A stretch of DNA of 64,000 nucleotides from Clostridiales bacterium (GTDB lineage Bacteria; Bacillota; Clostridia; Christensenellales; CAG-314). The stretch lies in NCBI GenBank assembly GCA_004558105.1, contig SFEB01000004.1:5120-69119 (forward strand), given 5' to 3'. This document shows positions 1 to 8,956 of this stretch, piece by piece. The notes below the pieces were generated by a model. It did no database searches. It worked only from the letters and a program-made list of their open reading frames with translations, and was not told where the DNA came from. The first letter of the stretch is position 1; each line of letters starts with the position of its first letter. Made by a program: the position numbers and the translations under genes.

Positions 1-478
1 AAGTAGTTTCGTGGTACCCCGTGCCGAAAGCAACGCCGCTTTCTATCTTTAATACGTTTTTACAGTCGCCGTCGTAAGCCAGCCAGTTGGGACAGACGCA
101 TACGTCGCCTATAACGACCGGCTTGAAGTTTTTTTGCCATTCCTTAAGCCAGTCGACCTCCTGTGCCTGCTCGGTTTGTATTCTCAGACTGCCGCAGGCG
201 TCGCCGAAAATTTCTTTTACCCTGTTTAAATCCTCTTTAAGACGACCGAGAATTTGCTCCTCGTCCGACTCGGCGCAATACGCAACTACGCGCACTTCCT
301 GACCGAAAGATTCGCGCACGCCCTTTTCCACGTAATCCCAACCGCACTCGTCGAGGTCTCTGACGTCGTAAACGGTAACGGCGTTTGCCGTAAGTTCTTC
401 TAAAAAATACGCCACCGTCTCACTGCACCCGGTCGTGGTAAAGACGGTGATTTTTACGTTATCTCCGTTGTCCTTCAT
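1..478 (-). CDS. prmA: Ribosomal protein L11 methyltransferase PrmA, N-terminal part (gene continues beyond the window start)
   Basis: Own translation of the minus strand from the ATG at 478: MKDNGDNVKITVFTT...EVDWLKEWQKNFKPVVIGDVCVCPNW...IESGVAFGTGYHETT. This matches the PrmA pattern, including the AFGTG.H.TT signature. It is absent from the ORF track because no stop codon lies inside the window. Confidence 0.75.
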   Translation of the reverse strand, partial: MKDNGDNVKITVFTTTGCSETVAYFLEELTANAVTVYDVRDLDECGWDYVEKGVRESFGQEVRVVAYCAESDEEQILGRLKEDLNRVKEIFGDACGSLRIQTEQAQEVDWLKEWQKNFKPVVIGDVCVCPNWLAYDGDCKNVLKIESGVAFGTGYHETT

Positions 479-482
479 CTCG

Positions 483-815
483 TTAACCTATCAAAATATC
501 TATCAATTGCTTGACCGTTTGCCATTTGGCTTTGTTGGCGGCGTACGCTTTGCGCCCTTCGTCGGTAATTTCGTAATACTTGCGCGTCGCCCCCTGACTT
601 TCGTCGCCCCATCTGCCTTTAATAAGGCGGTATTCTTCCATACGGTGGCATGCCGAATACAACGATTGCTCGTTAAGCTGATAGATTCCGTTCGTTTTTT
701 TGGCAATAAGTTTTCTTATCTCACCGCCGTACTGAGGTCCGTCGAGAAGAACGCTTAAAATAAAAGTCTCAATATGCCCCCTTAAACTGTCGCTGTCGAG
801 AATATTTACCGCCAT
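483..815 (-). CDS. PadR family transcriptional regulator
   Basis: 110-aa ORF with a winged-helix PadR signature (LRGHIETFILSVLLDGPQYGGEI ... YSACHRMEEYRLI ... RKYYEITDEG). It ends 4 nt upstream of the prmA start. Confidence 0.85.
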   Translation of the reverse strand: MAVNILDSDSLRGHIETFILSVLLDGPQYGGEIRKLIAKKTNGIYQLNEQSLYSACHRMEEYRLIKGRWGDESQGATRKYYEITDEGRKAYAANKAKWQTVKQLIDILIG

Positions 816-854
816 AACTTTACCTCCGATAAATCGTACTTTTTTTTCACCGCT

Positions 855-883
855 ATTATATCACGCATAGCTATTTTTGACAA
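855..883 (-). promoter_or_regulatory. Sigma-A type promoter for padR-prmA
   Basis: Minus strand reads TTGTCA, a 17-nt spacer ending in TGA, then TATAAT (extended -10). It lies about 40 nt upstream of the padR start. Confidence 0.55.
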
Positions 884-901
884 GTATAATTTCCGTTAAA
901 T

Positions 902-929
902 AAAAAAATCGTCCGCAAAACACGGACGA
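902..929 (-). terminator. Rho-independent terminator after the dap/asd operon
   Basis: Hairpin tcgtccg-N7-cggacga. On the minus strand it is followed by a run of seven U (plus-strand A-run 902-908). It lies just downstream of the M20 gene stop at 954. Confidence 0.7.
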
Positions 930-953
930 CGGCGGTCGTAGAAATCGTTTCGC

Positions 954-2042
954 TTAACCCAACCTGATTTTTTCCAAAATCGCCAGACAAAAATCAACGC
1001 CGATTCTCAATACCCTTTCGTCAAAGTCGAAAGCGTCGGAATGAAGGTCTGCCGTTTCGCCCGCTCCGAGTAAAAAATAAACCGACGGCACGCTTTCGGC
1101 AATCACCCCGAAGTCGTCGCCGATAAGTTGTTTTTTTGCAGGAAAAATCTCCCACGCTTTTTTAGCGCGTGCCAGCAATTTTTTGTCGTTTACCACGGGC
1201 GGAATACCTCGTTGGGCGTCGAACGTACCCGTTACCCCTCGTTTTCGGCATATTTCATTCATCGCGCGAGTCATTTTTTTTATCGCTTTATCTGCAAATT
1301 CTTTTTCAAAAAAGCGCAAAGTTCCCTCGGCTTCCGCTCTTGCGCACACCACGTTGCGCGCAACGCCGCCGCTGAGTTTGCCGAAAGAAACGAAGCCGTC
1401 TTCACTCCGTTTAATCTCGTCGCCCGTCCGCGCTAAAAATTCTACGGCGGCAGACAAAGCGTCCACGCCTTCGCCCCTCGCGACGTGTGCGGATTTGCCG
1501 GTAAAAGCAACGTTGACCTCCCTCGTCCCCGCGCAGATCGTCCCCTCCCGACTGAAAACATTGCCGAACGGAAGGTGCGGAAATAAATGTAGCGCAAAAG
1601 CGGAAGTAACGTTGACTTCCTGCCAGAACGGTTGAGAAAGAAGGTACTGCGCTCCGCCGTATTCTTCTTCCGCCGGTTCAAAAACGATAAGTAAGTTGTC
1701 GGGAAAACTCAAACCTTTTTTTCCGACGATTCTCGCAACCTCCAGAGCAATAGCCATGTGTCCGTCATGTCCGCACGCATGCATATTGTTTTTTGCCGCA
1801 AAAGACAACCCCGTCCGCTCCGACAACGGCAGAGCGTCCATCTCGGCGCGAAAAGCGACGGTACTGCTTTTGCCGAAATCAAAAAACAACGCAACGCAAC
1901 TTTCGGTCTTAAAAATCCTGCAACCGAAATCACGAGCCGCTTCGTACAGGTACTCAATCGTCTTTTTCTCCCGCCACGCACACTCCGCGATAAAGTGAAG
2001 CGCACGACGGTCTGCTTTCAATAGGTCGGTCTCACTCGTCAC
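954..2042 (-). CDS. M20 family amidohydrolase, probably N-acetyl-diaminopimelate deacetylase
   Basis: 362-aa ORF with M20 metal-binding motifs (HACGHDGH, EPAEE). It is the last gene of the asd-dap cluster and overlaps the asd stop. Confidence 0.7.
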   Translation of the reverse strand: MTSETDLLKADRRALHFIAECAWREKKTIEYLYEAARDFGCRIFKTESCVALFFDFGKSSTVAFRAEMDALPLSERTGLSFAAKNNMHACGHDGHMAIALEVARIVGKKGLSFPDNLLIVFEPAEEEYGGAQYLLSQPFWQEVNVTSAFALHLFPHLPFGNVFSREGTICAGTREVNVAFTGKSAHVARGEGVDALSAAVEFLARTGDEIKRSEDGFVSFGKLSGGVARNVVCARAEAEGTLRFFEKEFADKAIKKMTRAMNEICRKRGVTGTFDAQRGIPPVVNDKKLLARAKKAWEIFPAKKQLIGDDFGVIAESVPSVYFLLGAGETADLHSDAFDFDERVLRIGVDFCLAILEKIRLG

Positions 2043-3006
2043 AAACCAGTCTCCTCACGATTTCTACGGCGTTGGAAGCCGAACCCTTGTAAAGATTGTC
2101 GGCAACGCAATAAAAAGTTACGCCGTTTTCGCTTGCCGTATCCCGTCTGAGCCGTCCGACGAAAGTTTTGTCGCTGCATCTCGCCATTTCTCCGAGCGGA
2201 TAAACGTCATGACACGCGTCGTCCGCCACCACCACTCCGTCCTGTTTTTTCCACTCCTCTCTTATCTCGTTGAGAGTGAAATTTTCTTTCAGTTCCGCCG
2301 ATACGGCTACGCCGTGACAAAACGGCACGGGAACGCGGACGCAGGTGGCGGAAACGGACAGGTCGGGCAAATGCAATATTTTTTTCGTTTCGTTCCGCAT
2401 TTTCTCTTCCTCTCCCGTGTAACCGTCGGGAAGAAAATCGTCGATTTTCGGTATGCAATTTTTAGCGAGAGACGCAGGGAAAAACCTCGGATTTTCACCT
2501 CTTAACGTAACGGTAAGGTCGTCCAATCCCTTTCGCCCCGCACCGCTCGCGGACTGAAAAGTTACGTAACGGACGGACGTTAACCCGAATTTTTTAAGAG
2601 CGTTCAACGCCAGTATCGCGGTAATCGTACTGCAATTGGGATTGGCGATAACGGGACTTTCGCCTACGTCCGAAAAGTTTATTTCCGGAACGACCAGCGG
2701 CACACCCTCTTTCATTCTGAAAAAACTGCCGTTATCCACCACCCGTACTCCCTTTTTTACGGCGATGGGTACGTATTCTCTGCTTATCTCCCGTCCTGCG
2801 GAAAACAAAGCGAAGTCCACGCCGTCAAAGACGTCGGGAGAAAGTTCTTCCACCTTTCGCGCTTTGCCGTACAGATAAAGTCTTTTTCCTGCGCTTGCGC
2901 CCGAAGCGGCGAGAACAAGTCTGTCAACCGGGAGAGACAAACGCTCTGTCTCACGCAAAAAAGCGCGCCCCACCAGACCCGTCGCGCCGATAATAGCCAA
3001 TTTCAT
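2032..3006 (-). CDS. asd: Aspartate-semialdehyde dehydrogenase
   Basis: 324 aa. N-terminal Rossmann motif MKLAIIGATGLVG and active-site region NPNCSTI. Confidence 0.9.
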   Translation of the reverse strand: MKLAIIGATGLVGRAFLRETERLSLPVDRLVLAASGASAGKRLYLYGKARKVEELSPDVFDGVDFALFSAGREISREYVPIAVKKGVRVVDNGSFFRMKEGVPLVVPEINFSDVGESPVIANPNCSTITAILALNALKKFGLTSVRYVTFQSASGAGRKGLDDLTVTLRGENPRFFPASLAKNCIPKIDDFLPDGYTGEEEKMRNETKKILHLPDLSVSATCVRVPVPFCHGVAVSAELKENFTLNEIREEWKKQDGVVVADDACHDVYPLGEMARCSDKTFVGRLRRDTASENGVTFYCVADNLYKGSASNAVEIVRRLVCDE

Positions 3007-3008
3007 TT

Positions 3009-3701
3009 TTACCCCCTGAGAACGCTTGCTATTTTTGTCTTTCTTTTTGTTTTTTCGTCGGCGTATTTAACTATTTTTGCAGGGCAACCCACGACGACGG
3101 CAAGAGGCGGAACGTCTTTCGTTACCACCGCTCCGGCGCCGACTACCGCGCCCGCACCCACCGTTATTCCCTCTAAAATAACGGCGTTTGCGCCTATCGT
3201 TACGCCGTTGCCAATGCGTACGGGGCGTTTGTCGGGCGGTTCCAACACCCCTGCAATCACCGCCCCCGCGCCGACGTGACAATCTTCGCCCACTACCGCG
3301 TTACTGCCCACTACGGCGTTCATGTCAATCATAGTCCGCTTTCCTATTTTCGCGCCGATATTGACGACCGCGCCGTGCATTACGACGGCGTCGTCTCCTA
3401 TTTCCGCATGCTCCCGTATGACTGCAAAAGGTTCTATGCGCGCTTTGAACCTGAAAATTTCTGCCAACGGAACGCCGCTGTTAGCGCACTCGTATTCGAA
3501 AAAACTCTCCGCCACGGCGTCGGCGTTGTCAGACAAAACGGCGTCTATATCCTTTTTGTCTCCGACGACCATAATAAAATCTTTTCCGCCGACGGTCAGA
3601 CAGTTTTTAAAATCCACCTCACGAGTCAGGCGTAAATAAGCCTTGGTCACAGTCTTTTTTTTACTTTTCGCAACGTAATCCGCCAACTCCCGACTATCCA
3701 T
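3009..3701 (-). CDS. dapH: Tetrahydrodipicolinate N-acetyltransferase (DapH/DapD, acetylase branch)
   Basis: 230 aa with left-handed beta-helix hexapeptide repeats (GAVVNIGAKIG, GAGAVIAGVLEPP, GANAVILEG). It lies between dapB and asd. Confidence 0.85.
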   Translation of the reverse strand: MDSRELADYVAKSKKKTVTKAYLRLTREVDFKNCLTVGGKDFIMVVGDKKDIDAVLSDNADAVAESFFEYECANSGVPLAEIFRFKARIEPFAVIREHAEIGDDAVVMHGAVVNIGAKIGKRTMIDMNAVVGSNAVVGEDCHVGAGAVIAGVLEPPDKRPVRIGNGVTIGANAVILEGITVGAGAVVGAGAVVTKDVPPLAVVVGCPAKIVKYADEKTKRKTKIASVLRG

Positions 3702-4410
3702 TTTTCACCTCGAAAAGCAATTCTTCGTATCTGAAAAAGCCGATTTTTCCTATCAGCTTTTCAGCCGCCTTAATCGCGCCGTCGGCAAAAATTCCTCTTT
3801 CCCACGCCGTATGGGTGAACGTAAGACTCTCTCCGTCGCCCAAAAACTCAATCCGATGCTCGCCCACGACCGAACCGCCTCTTTCGCTGAATACGCCTAC
3901 TTGGTTTTTCGTCCGTTTGCCCGATTGCCGTCCGTAAACGAATTCTGCGTTTTTCCGCGCGTCTGCCACTCGGCGCATAAGCATTTTTGCCGTGCCGCTC
4001 GGCGCGTCGAACTTGTTTCTGTGGTGTTTTTCCACTATTTCTATATCGAAATCGGACAAAACAGCCAAAACCCGTTTCAACGCCGCACGCATCGCCGCAA
4101 CGCCGACCGAAAAGTTTTCGCTCGCGCATACGGACGATTTTAAAGCCAGTCTCGCCAGACCGTTTTTCGTCTTACCCGACAAAGCCGTCGTACCCGTTAC
4201 CAACGGTAAAGAGTTTTTGATGCAAAAATCAACGGCTTTTTGCGTGAGTTCGTCATGAGAAAAATCAATCACGCAGTCGACGCTTTCGTATCCGTCCGCG
4301 TCAAAATTTCCGTCCGCGCTTACTACCCCTGCGACTTTTATTTTTTTCTCCCGCGCTTTTTCACACACGGCTCTGCCCATTTTTCCGTCACCGACTACCA
4401 GTATTTTCAT
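3694..4410 (-). CDS. dapB: 4-hydroxy-tetrahydrodipicolinate reductase
   Basis: 238 aa. N-terminal MKILVVGDGKMG, central EKHHRNKFDAPSGTA motif. Confidence 0.9.
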   Translation of the reverse strand: MKILVVGDGKMGRAVCEKAREKKIKVAGVVSADGNFDADGYESVDCVIDFSHDELTQKAVDFCIKNSLPLVTGTTALSGKTKNGLARLALKSSVCASENFSVGVAAMRAALKRVLAVLSDFDIEIVEKHHRNKFDAPSGTAKMLMRRVADARKNAEFVYGRQSGKRTKNQVGVFSERGGSVVGEHRIEFLGDGESLTFTHTAWERGIFADGAIKAAEKLIGKIGFFRYEELLFEVKNG

Positions 4411-5315
4411 TTAAGACTTTCCCCCAGACCGAGTACCTGTTTTTTTAATTCCTGCCGCGTTTTAGCCGAAAGCCTTCCGAGCGGCAATCTCGGTAAACCC
4501 ACGTTAAACCCCGCCATATTCAATAACGTCTTTATCGGAATAGGATTTGGCTCGGCAAACAGCAGGTTTATGAAATCAAGATAACGCAGTTGAATTTTTC
4601 TCGCTCTTTCAACGTCTCCGACCTGCCACGCCGTCAACAACTCGGCAACTTTGGTCGGCGTAAAGTTTGCCCATACCGAAACTACGCCTTTTGCGCCGAT
4701 TGACAGATAGGGCAATATCAAATCGTCGTTTCCGCAGTACAGCGAAAAGTTTTCGTCGGTCAGCGTCGCGATTTTTGCCGCAAACGAAAGATTTCCGCTT
4801 GCCTCCTTTATTCCCGCCACGTTCGGATGACTTTTGAGTTTTTTTGCCACGTCGAAAGAAATCTCGCAACCCGTGCGGCTCGGAACGTTGTACAGCATTA
4901 TCGGTAAATCCACCGCGTCCGCTACGCTCTCGAAATGACGGAACAATCCGTCGGCGTTGGTGCGGTTGTAAAAGGGCGTAACGACAAGCAACCCGTCCGC
5001 ACCCGTTTTAGACAACTCGCGCGAAAGTTCCGTCGCTTTCGCCGTATCGTTGCTGCCGCTCCCGGCAAGAACGAAAATTTCGCCGTCGGCGGCAGTTACG
5101 CATGTTTCCGTTACCAACCGCTTTTCGGCGTCGGTAAGCGTCGCCCCCTCTCCCGTCGTACCGCATGCCACGATTCCCACCGTTCCGCTTGCCTTGTGCC
5201 ACCCCACCAACTGTTTGATTTTTTTGCAATCCACTCGCCCGTATTTGTCAAAAGGGGTGACGAGGGCGACGATACTGCCGTACGGCAACTCTTTTTTTCC
5301 TTTCATTTTTCCCAC
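4407..5315 (-). CDS. dapA: 4-hydroxy-tetrahydrodipicolinate synthase
   Basis: 302 aa with DapA signatures (VALVTPF, GTTGE, YNVPSRTG, active-site Lys context GIKEASG). Confidence 0.9.
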   Translation of the reverse strand: MGKMKGKKELPYGSIVALVTPFDKYGRVDCKKIKQLVGWHKASGTVGIVACGTTGEGATLTDAEKRLVTETCVTAADGEIFVLAGSGSNDTAKATELSRELSKTGADGLLVVTPFYNRTNADGLFRHFESVADAVDLPIMLYNVPSRTGCEISFDVAKKLKSHPNVAGIKEASGNLSFAAKIATLTDENFSLYCGNDDLILPYLSIGAKGVVSVWANFTPTKVAELLTAWQVGDVERARKIQLRYLDFINLLFAEPNPIPIKTLLNMAGFNVGLPRLPLGRLSAKTRQELKKQVLGLGESLK

Positions 5316-6079
5316 TCCTTTTTTACTTCGCCGGTTATAAAAATTTTATTTTCCTCCGTTTCCACCGTCAACCTGCCGCCGTCGAAAAACACCGTCGATT
5401 TATCGCCCACCAGTCCGAGCCTGCGACATACGGCAAATACGGCGCCTCCGCCCGTGCCGCATGCTTTCGTCCAGCCGACGCCGCGCTCGAAAGTTTTTAT
5501 TCTTATTTTACCGTTTTCCGTATCGGCAAAATCGACGTTCGTGCCTCGTTCAAAACTCTCGTGCTTACTGATTTGTTCCGCCAGACGGTACAACCCGTCG
5601 CCGCCGAATATTACGGCGTGAGGTACTCCCGTGTCGACGACAAAAAGACGCACCCGTCTGCCGTCTATCTCTATTTCAACGGGATCAAGACCTTCTTCCC
5701 GTATCCCCTTTCCGTCGGAAAAAACCGCTTCGCCCAACTCGACGCGACAGACGAACGGTCTGCCGTTCAGTATCTCGGCAAGTTTTTCTCCCGCGTCGGT
5801 TTTTATCGTAAATTTATGCTTATTCACGCCTTTTTCATGGCAAAATGCGGCGACGCACCTGAGTCCGTTTCCGCATGTTTCCGCGCGACTGCCGTCCGCG
5901 TTGAATATAACCATTTCCGGCGTCGTTCCGGGGTTTTTTACTACGATAAAACCGTCGACGCCGCCGTTTTCGCACTCTTTTTTTACCCGTTCTGCCGTCG
6001 GCAACCTTCTTCTTTCGCAAATAAGAAAATCGTTGCCCAACGCAGAATACTTGCAGATTGCCCCACGTAAAAAAACCAT
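5303..6079 (-). CDS. dapF: Diaminopimelate epimerase
   Basis: DapF motifs GNDF, ETCGNGLRC and TKACGTGG. I prefer the ATG at 6079 (MVFLRGAICKYSALGNDF) over the track start at 6109. That start is a GTG buried in a terminator stem. The start remains uncertain because there is no obvious SD. Confidence 0.8.
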   Translation of the reverse strand: MVFLRGAICKYSALGNDFLICERRRLPTAERVKKECENGGVDGFIVVKNPGTTPEMVIFNADGSRAETCGNGLRCVAAFCHEKGVNKHKFTIKTDAGEKLAEILNGRPFVCRVELGEAVFSDGKGIREEGLDPVEIEIDGRRVRLFVVDTGVPHAVIFGGDGLYRLAEQISKHESFERGTNVDFADTENGKIRIKTFERGVGWTKACGTGGGAVFAVCRRLGLVGDKSTVFFDGGRLTVETEENKIFITGEVKKEWEK

Positions 6080-6093
6080 AGTAAAGTGTATGC

Positions 6094-6132
6094 AAAAAAA
6101 TCCCGTCACGTGACCGCGTGACGGGATTTTTT
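6094..6132. terminator. Bidirectional hairpin terminator between mrp and dapF
   Basis: Perfect 10-bp stem tcccgtcacg / cgtgacggga with a 6-nt loop, flanked by an A-run (6094-6100) and a T-run (6127-6132). Confidence 0.7.
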
Positions 6133-6147
6133 AAGCAATCGGTAAAA

Positions 6148-6190
6148 ACCTGCCTTTTAGCGTATTTTTTACCTGCCTTTTTAACGTATT
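6148..6190. repeat. Two direct repeats ACCTGCCTTTT(T)A(G/A)CGTATT, 23 bp apart
   Basis: Copies at 6148-6166 and 6171-6190, read directly from the sequence. They lie in the mrp 3' end and the region upstream of the dap operon. Confidence 0.6.
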
Positions 6191-7004
6191 ATTTTAAATT
6201 GATTACGGCGTCAACCAGCCCGTCGATTTCTTCCATCGAAACGGCTTCTACTCTTCCGCCGTCAACGAGTTGCGCCACGTCGGGGCGAATGGGCAATTGG
6301 CAAAGCAATGGCAATCCGTATTGCGCGGCAACCTCCGCCGTTTTGCTTTCGCCGAACGGGAAAAACTTTTTACCGCAATCTGGACACTCGGCGTAAGCAA
6401 AGTTCTCCGCAATTCCCAAAACCTTGATATTCATCATTTCTGCCATTTTTACGGCCTTCTGAACGATCATACTCACCAATTCCTGCGGACTCGTGACAAT
6501 GATAAGCCCGTCAAGCGGAATACTTTGAAAAACCGTGAGCGCAACGTCTCCCGTCCCCGGAGGCATATCGACGAACATATAATCCACGTCTCCCCAGATA
6601 CACTCCGTCCAGAACTGTTTGACAAGCCCCGCGATGACGGGACCGCGCCACAACACCGGATCGGTGACGTTTTCCAACAACAGGTTAGCGGACATTACTT
6701 TGATACCGTTGGCGCTTTCCAGAGGAAAGAACCCGTTATCGTTGCCGTACGCTTTGCCGTTGATTCCGAACATTTTAGGAACGCTCGGACCCGTGACGTC
6801 TGCGTCTAAAACGGCTGTCGCAAAACCAAGTCTGCTGAACTTTGACGCCAGCAAACCCGTGACGAGTGATTTTCCCACTCCGCCTTTGCCGCTGACGACG
6901 CCGATAACTTTTTTGATATGACTGTCCTTGTGCGGTTGGTCAAACTTGATTTCGTTCTCGCATTTGCTGTCGCAGTGAGAACAATCGTGATTGCAATCTG
7001 ACAT
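6189..7004 (-). CDS. Mrp/NBP35 (ApbC) family iron-sulfur cluster carrier ATPase
   Basis: 271 aa. Deviant Walker A SGKGGVGKS, a CPDC motif, and a Cys-rich N-terminus (CNHDCSHCDSKC). Confidence 0.85.
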   Translation of the reverse strand: MSDCNHDCSHCDSKCENEIKFDQPHKDSHIKKVIGVVSGKGGVGKSLVTGLLASKFSRLGFATAVLDADVTGPSVPKMFGINGKAYGNDNGFFPLESANGIKVMSANLLLENVTDPVLWRGPVIAGLVKQFWTECIWGDVDYMFVDMPPGTGDVALTVFQSIPLDGLIIVTSPQELVSMIVQKAVKMAEMMNIKVLGIAENFAYAECPDCGKKFFPFGESKTAEVAAQYGLPLLCQLPIRPDVAQLVDGGRVEAVSMEEIDGLVDAVINLK

Positions 7005-7105
7005 AGTACCTTCTCCTTTTAACGTAAATCCGAAAAAAATTCTTTACGGATCAAACTTTTTTATTCTTCAGCACCCGACGACCGCCGTTTGCGGTTAACG
7101 CGTAC

Positions 7106-8956
7106 CTATTGCTGAAACTGACTGTTGTAAAGTTGGGCGTAAAAACCGTTTTTGTCAAGTAACTGCTTGTGGTTGCCCTGTTCGATAATATCGCCGTCTT
7201 TAAGCACCAATATTATATCCGCATTCTTTATCGTTGACAAGCGATGGGCGATAATAAACGAAGTTCTTTTTTCCGTAAGGTAATCCATTGCCTGCTGAAT
7301 GACCACTTCCGTACGGGTATCGACGCTGCTGGTCGCCTCGTCGAGAATAAGCATCGGCGCGTCTTCTACGATGGCGCGTGCAATGGTAAGAAGTTGCTTC
7401 TGCCCTGCCGAAAGACCGCTCTTTTCGTCCAACACCGTGTGGTAGCCCTCCGGCAAAGTTTTGATAAAGCGATGTAGTCCTACGGCTTTGCACGCTTTTA
7501 CCACGTCTTCTTCCGTTGCCGAGGTTTTACTGTAACGGACGTTGTCGATAATAGTGCCTTCGAAAATCCACGTATCCTGCAACACCATTCCGAACAAATC
7601 GTGAATGTTCTGTCTCGACAAATCGGTCAACGGCACCCCGTCTATCCTTATACAACCGCCGTTGAGTTCGTAAAACCGCATGAGCAGATTAACGATTGTG
7701 GTTTTGCCTGCGCCCGTGGGACCTACGATAGCCACCTTCTGACCTGCTTTGACATGCGCGCAAAAGTCGTTGATAATAATTTTATCCGACGTGTATCCGA
7801 ATTTCACATGGTCGAAATCCACGTCGCCTTTTACGGTAGTCAAAGTTTGTCTGACTTCTTCCTCGGGCATTTCTTCCGCGTCTAAAAATTCAAATACTCT
7901 TTCGCTTGCCGCCGCCATGGATTGAAAGTTTGTCAAAGCCTGCGCTATCTGCGACAACGGGTTGGTGAAAAAGCGGACGTACAACATAAACGCAACTATC
8001 GTCGCCGCCGACATATGCCCCGAAACAACCAGTGCTCCGCCCACTACGCAAACCACGACGTACCCGAGATTGCCGACAAACCCCATGGTCGGTTGCATAA
8101 GTCCGCTCAAAAACTGACTTTTCCACGCAGAAGTACAAAGTTTTTCATTATACTCCTCAAATTTATCTATCGCCTCCCGAGTACCGTTAAAAACTCTGAC
8201 GATATTGTGTCCCGAGTACATTTCCTCAACGTGCCCGTTAAGGTCTCCGAGATATCTCTGTTGCTGACGGAAGAACTTTTGCGAACAATTCAATATGATA
8301 AACATTGCCACTACGCCCAATAACGTACTTCCGACCACCGATAAACCGAGGATATAGTTGGTAACGAACATCATGATAAGCGAACCCAACAGGAATATCG
8401 ACTGTCTGACGAGCAACGCAAGGCTGTTGTGCAACGCCTGACCGATAGTGTCCACGTCGTTGGTCACACGGGACAAAACGTCGCCGAAAGTGACGTTGTC
8501 AAAATACGACAACGGCAGTCTGTTGACCTTTTTATCGATTTCGCTACGCATCTTCTGCGTTATTCTTTGAGACACGACGATAAGGACTTGTTCCTGAAAA
8601 ATATGAAGTATACCGCTGCCTAAGTAACACGCCGCCAGAATAACGCACATTTTTATCGTCTGATCAAATACTTCGCCCGCAAAGTTTCCATCGTCTATGC
8701 CCTTTGCGATAATATCGGCTATACCTGCCAACTGACTCGGGCCGGAAACCAGCAAAGCAACGCTTATTATTGCCGCAATAACCGCCGCTATTATCCAACC
8801 CATATATTTTTTACCGAAGGACATCAGTCTGGCAAGTGCTTTTTTGAGGTTTTTGGGCTTTTCTATCATTCCGATACCGCCCCTCGGTCCGCCGCCGCGC
8901 TGTATCTGAGGACGGGAGGTTGCCAATCTGTCTAACTCTCTCTGATTATCGCTCAT
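7106..8956 (-). CDS. ABC exporter, fused permease/ATPase subunit (heterodimer partner B)
   Basis: 616 aa. Six-TM N-terminal half, Walker A GPTGAGKTT, signature LSAGQKQ, Walker B ILDEATS. Confidence 0.9.
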   Translation of the reverse strand: MSDNQRELDRLATSRPQIQRGGGPRGGIGMIEKPKNLKKALARLMSFGKKYMGWIIAAVIAAIISVALLVSGPSQLAGIADIIAKGIDDGNFAGEVFDQTIKMCVILAACYLGSGILHIFQEQVLIVVSQRITQKMRSEIDKKVNRLPLSYFDNVTFGDVLSRVTNDVDTIGQALHNSLALLVRQSIFLLGSLIMMFVTNYILGLSVVGSTLLGVVAMFIILNCSQKFFRQQQRYLGDLNGHVEEMYSGHNIVRVFNGTREAIDKFEEYNEKLCTSAWKSQFLSGLMQPTMGFVGNLGYVVVCVVGGALVVSGHMSAATIVAFMLYVRFFTNPLSQIAQALTNFQSMAAASERVFEFLDAEEMPEEEVRQTLTTVKGDVDFDHVKFGYTSDKIIINDFCAHVKAGQKVAIVGPTGAGKTTIVNLLMRFYELNGGCIRIDGVPLTDLSRQNIHDLFGMVLQDTWIFEGTIIDNVRYSKTSATEEDVVKACKAVGLHRFIKTLPEGYHTVLDEKSGLSAGQKQLLTIARAIVEDAPMLILDEATSSVDTRTEVVIQQAMDYLTEKRTSFIIAHRLSTIKNADIILVLKDGDIIEQGNHKQLLDKNGFYAQLYNSQFQQ

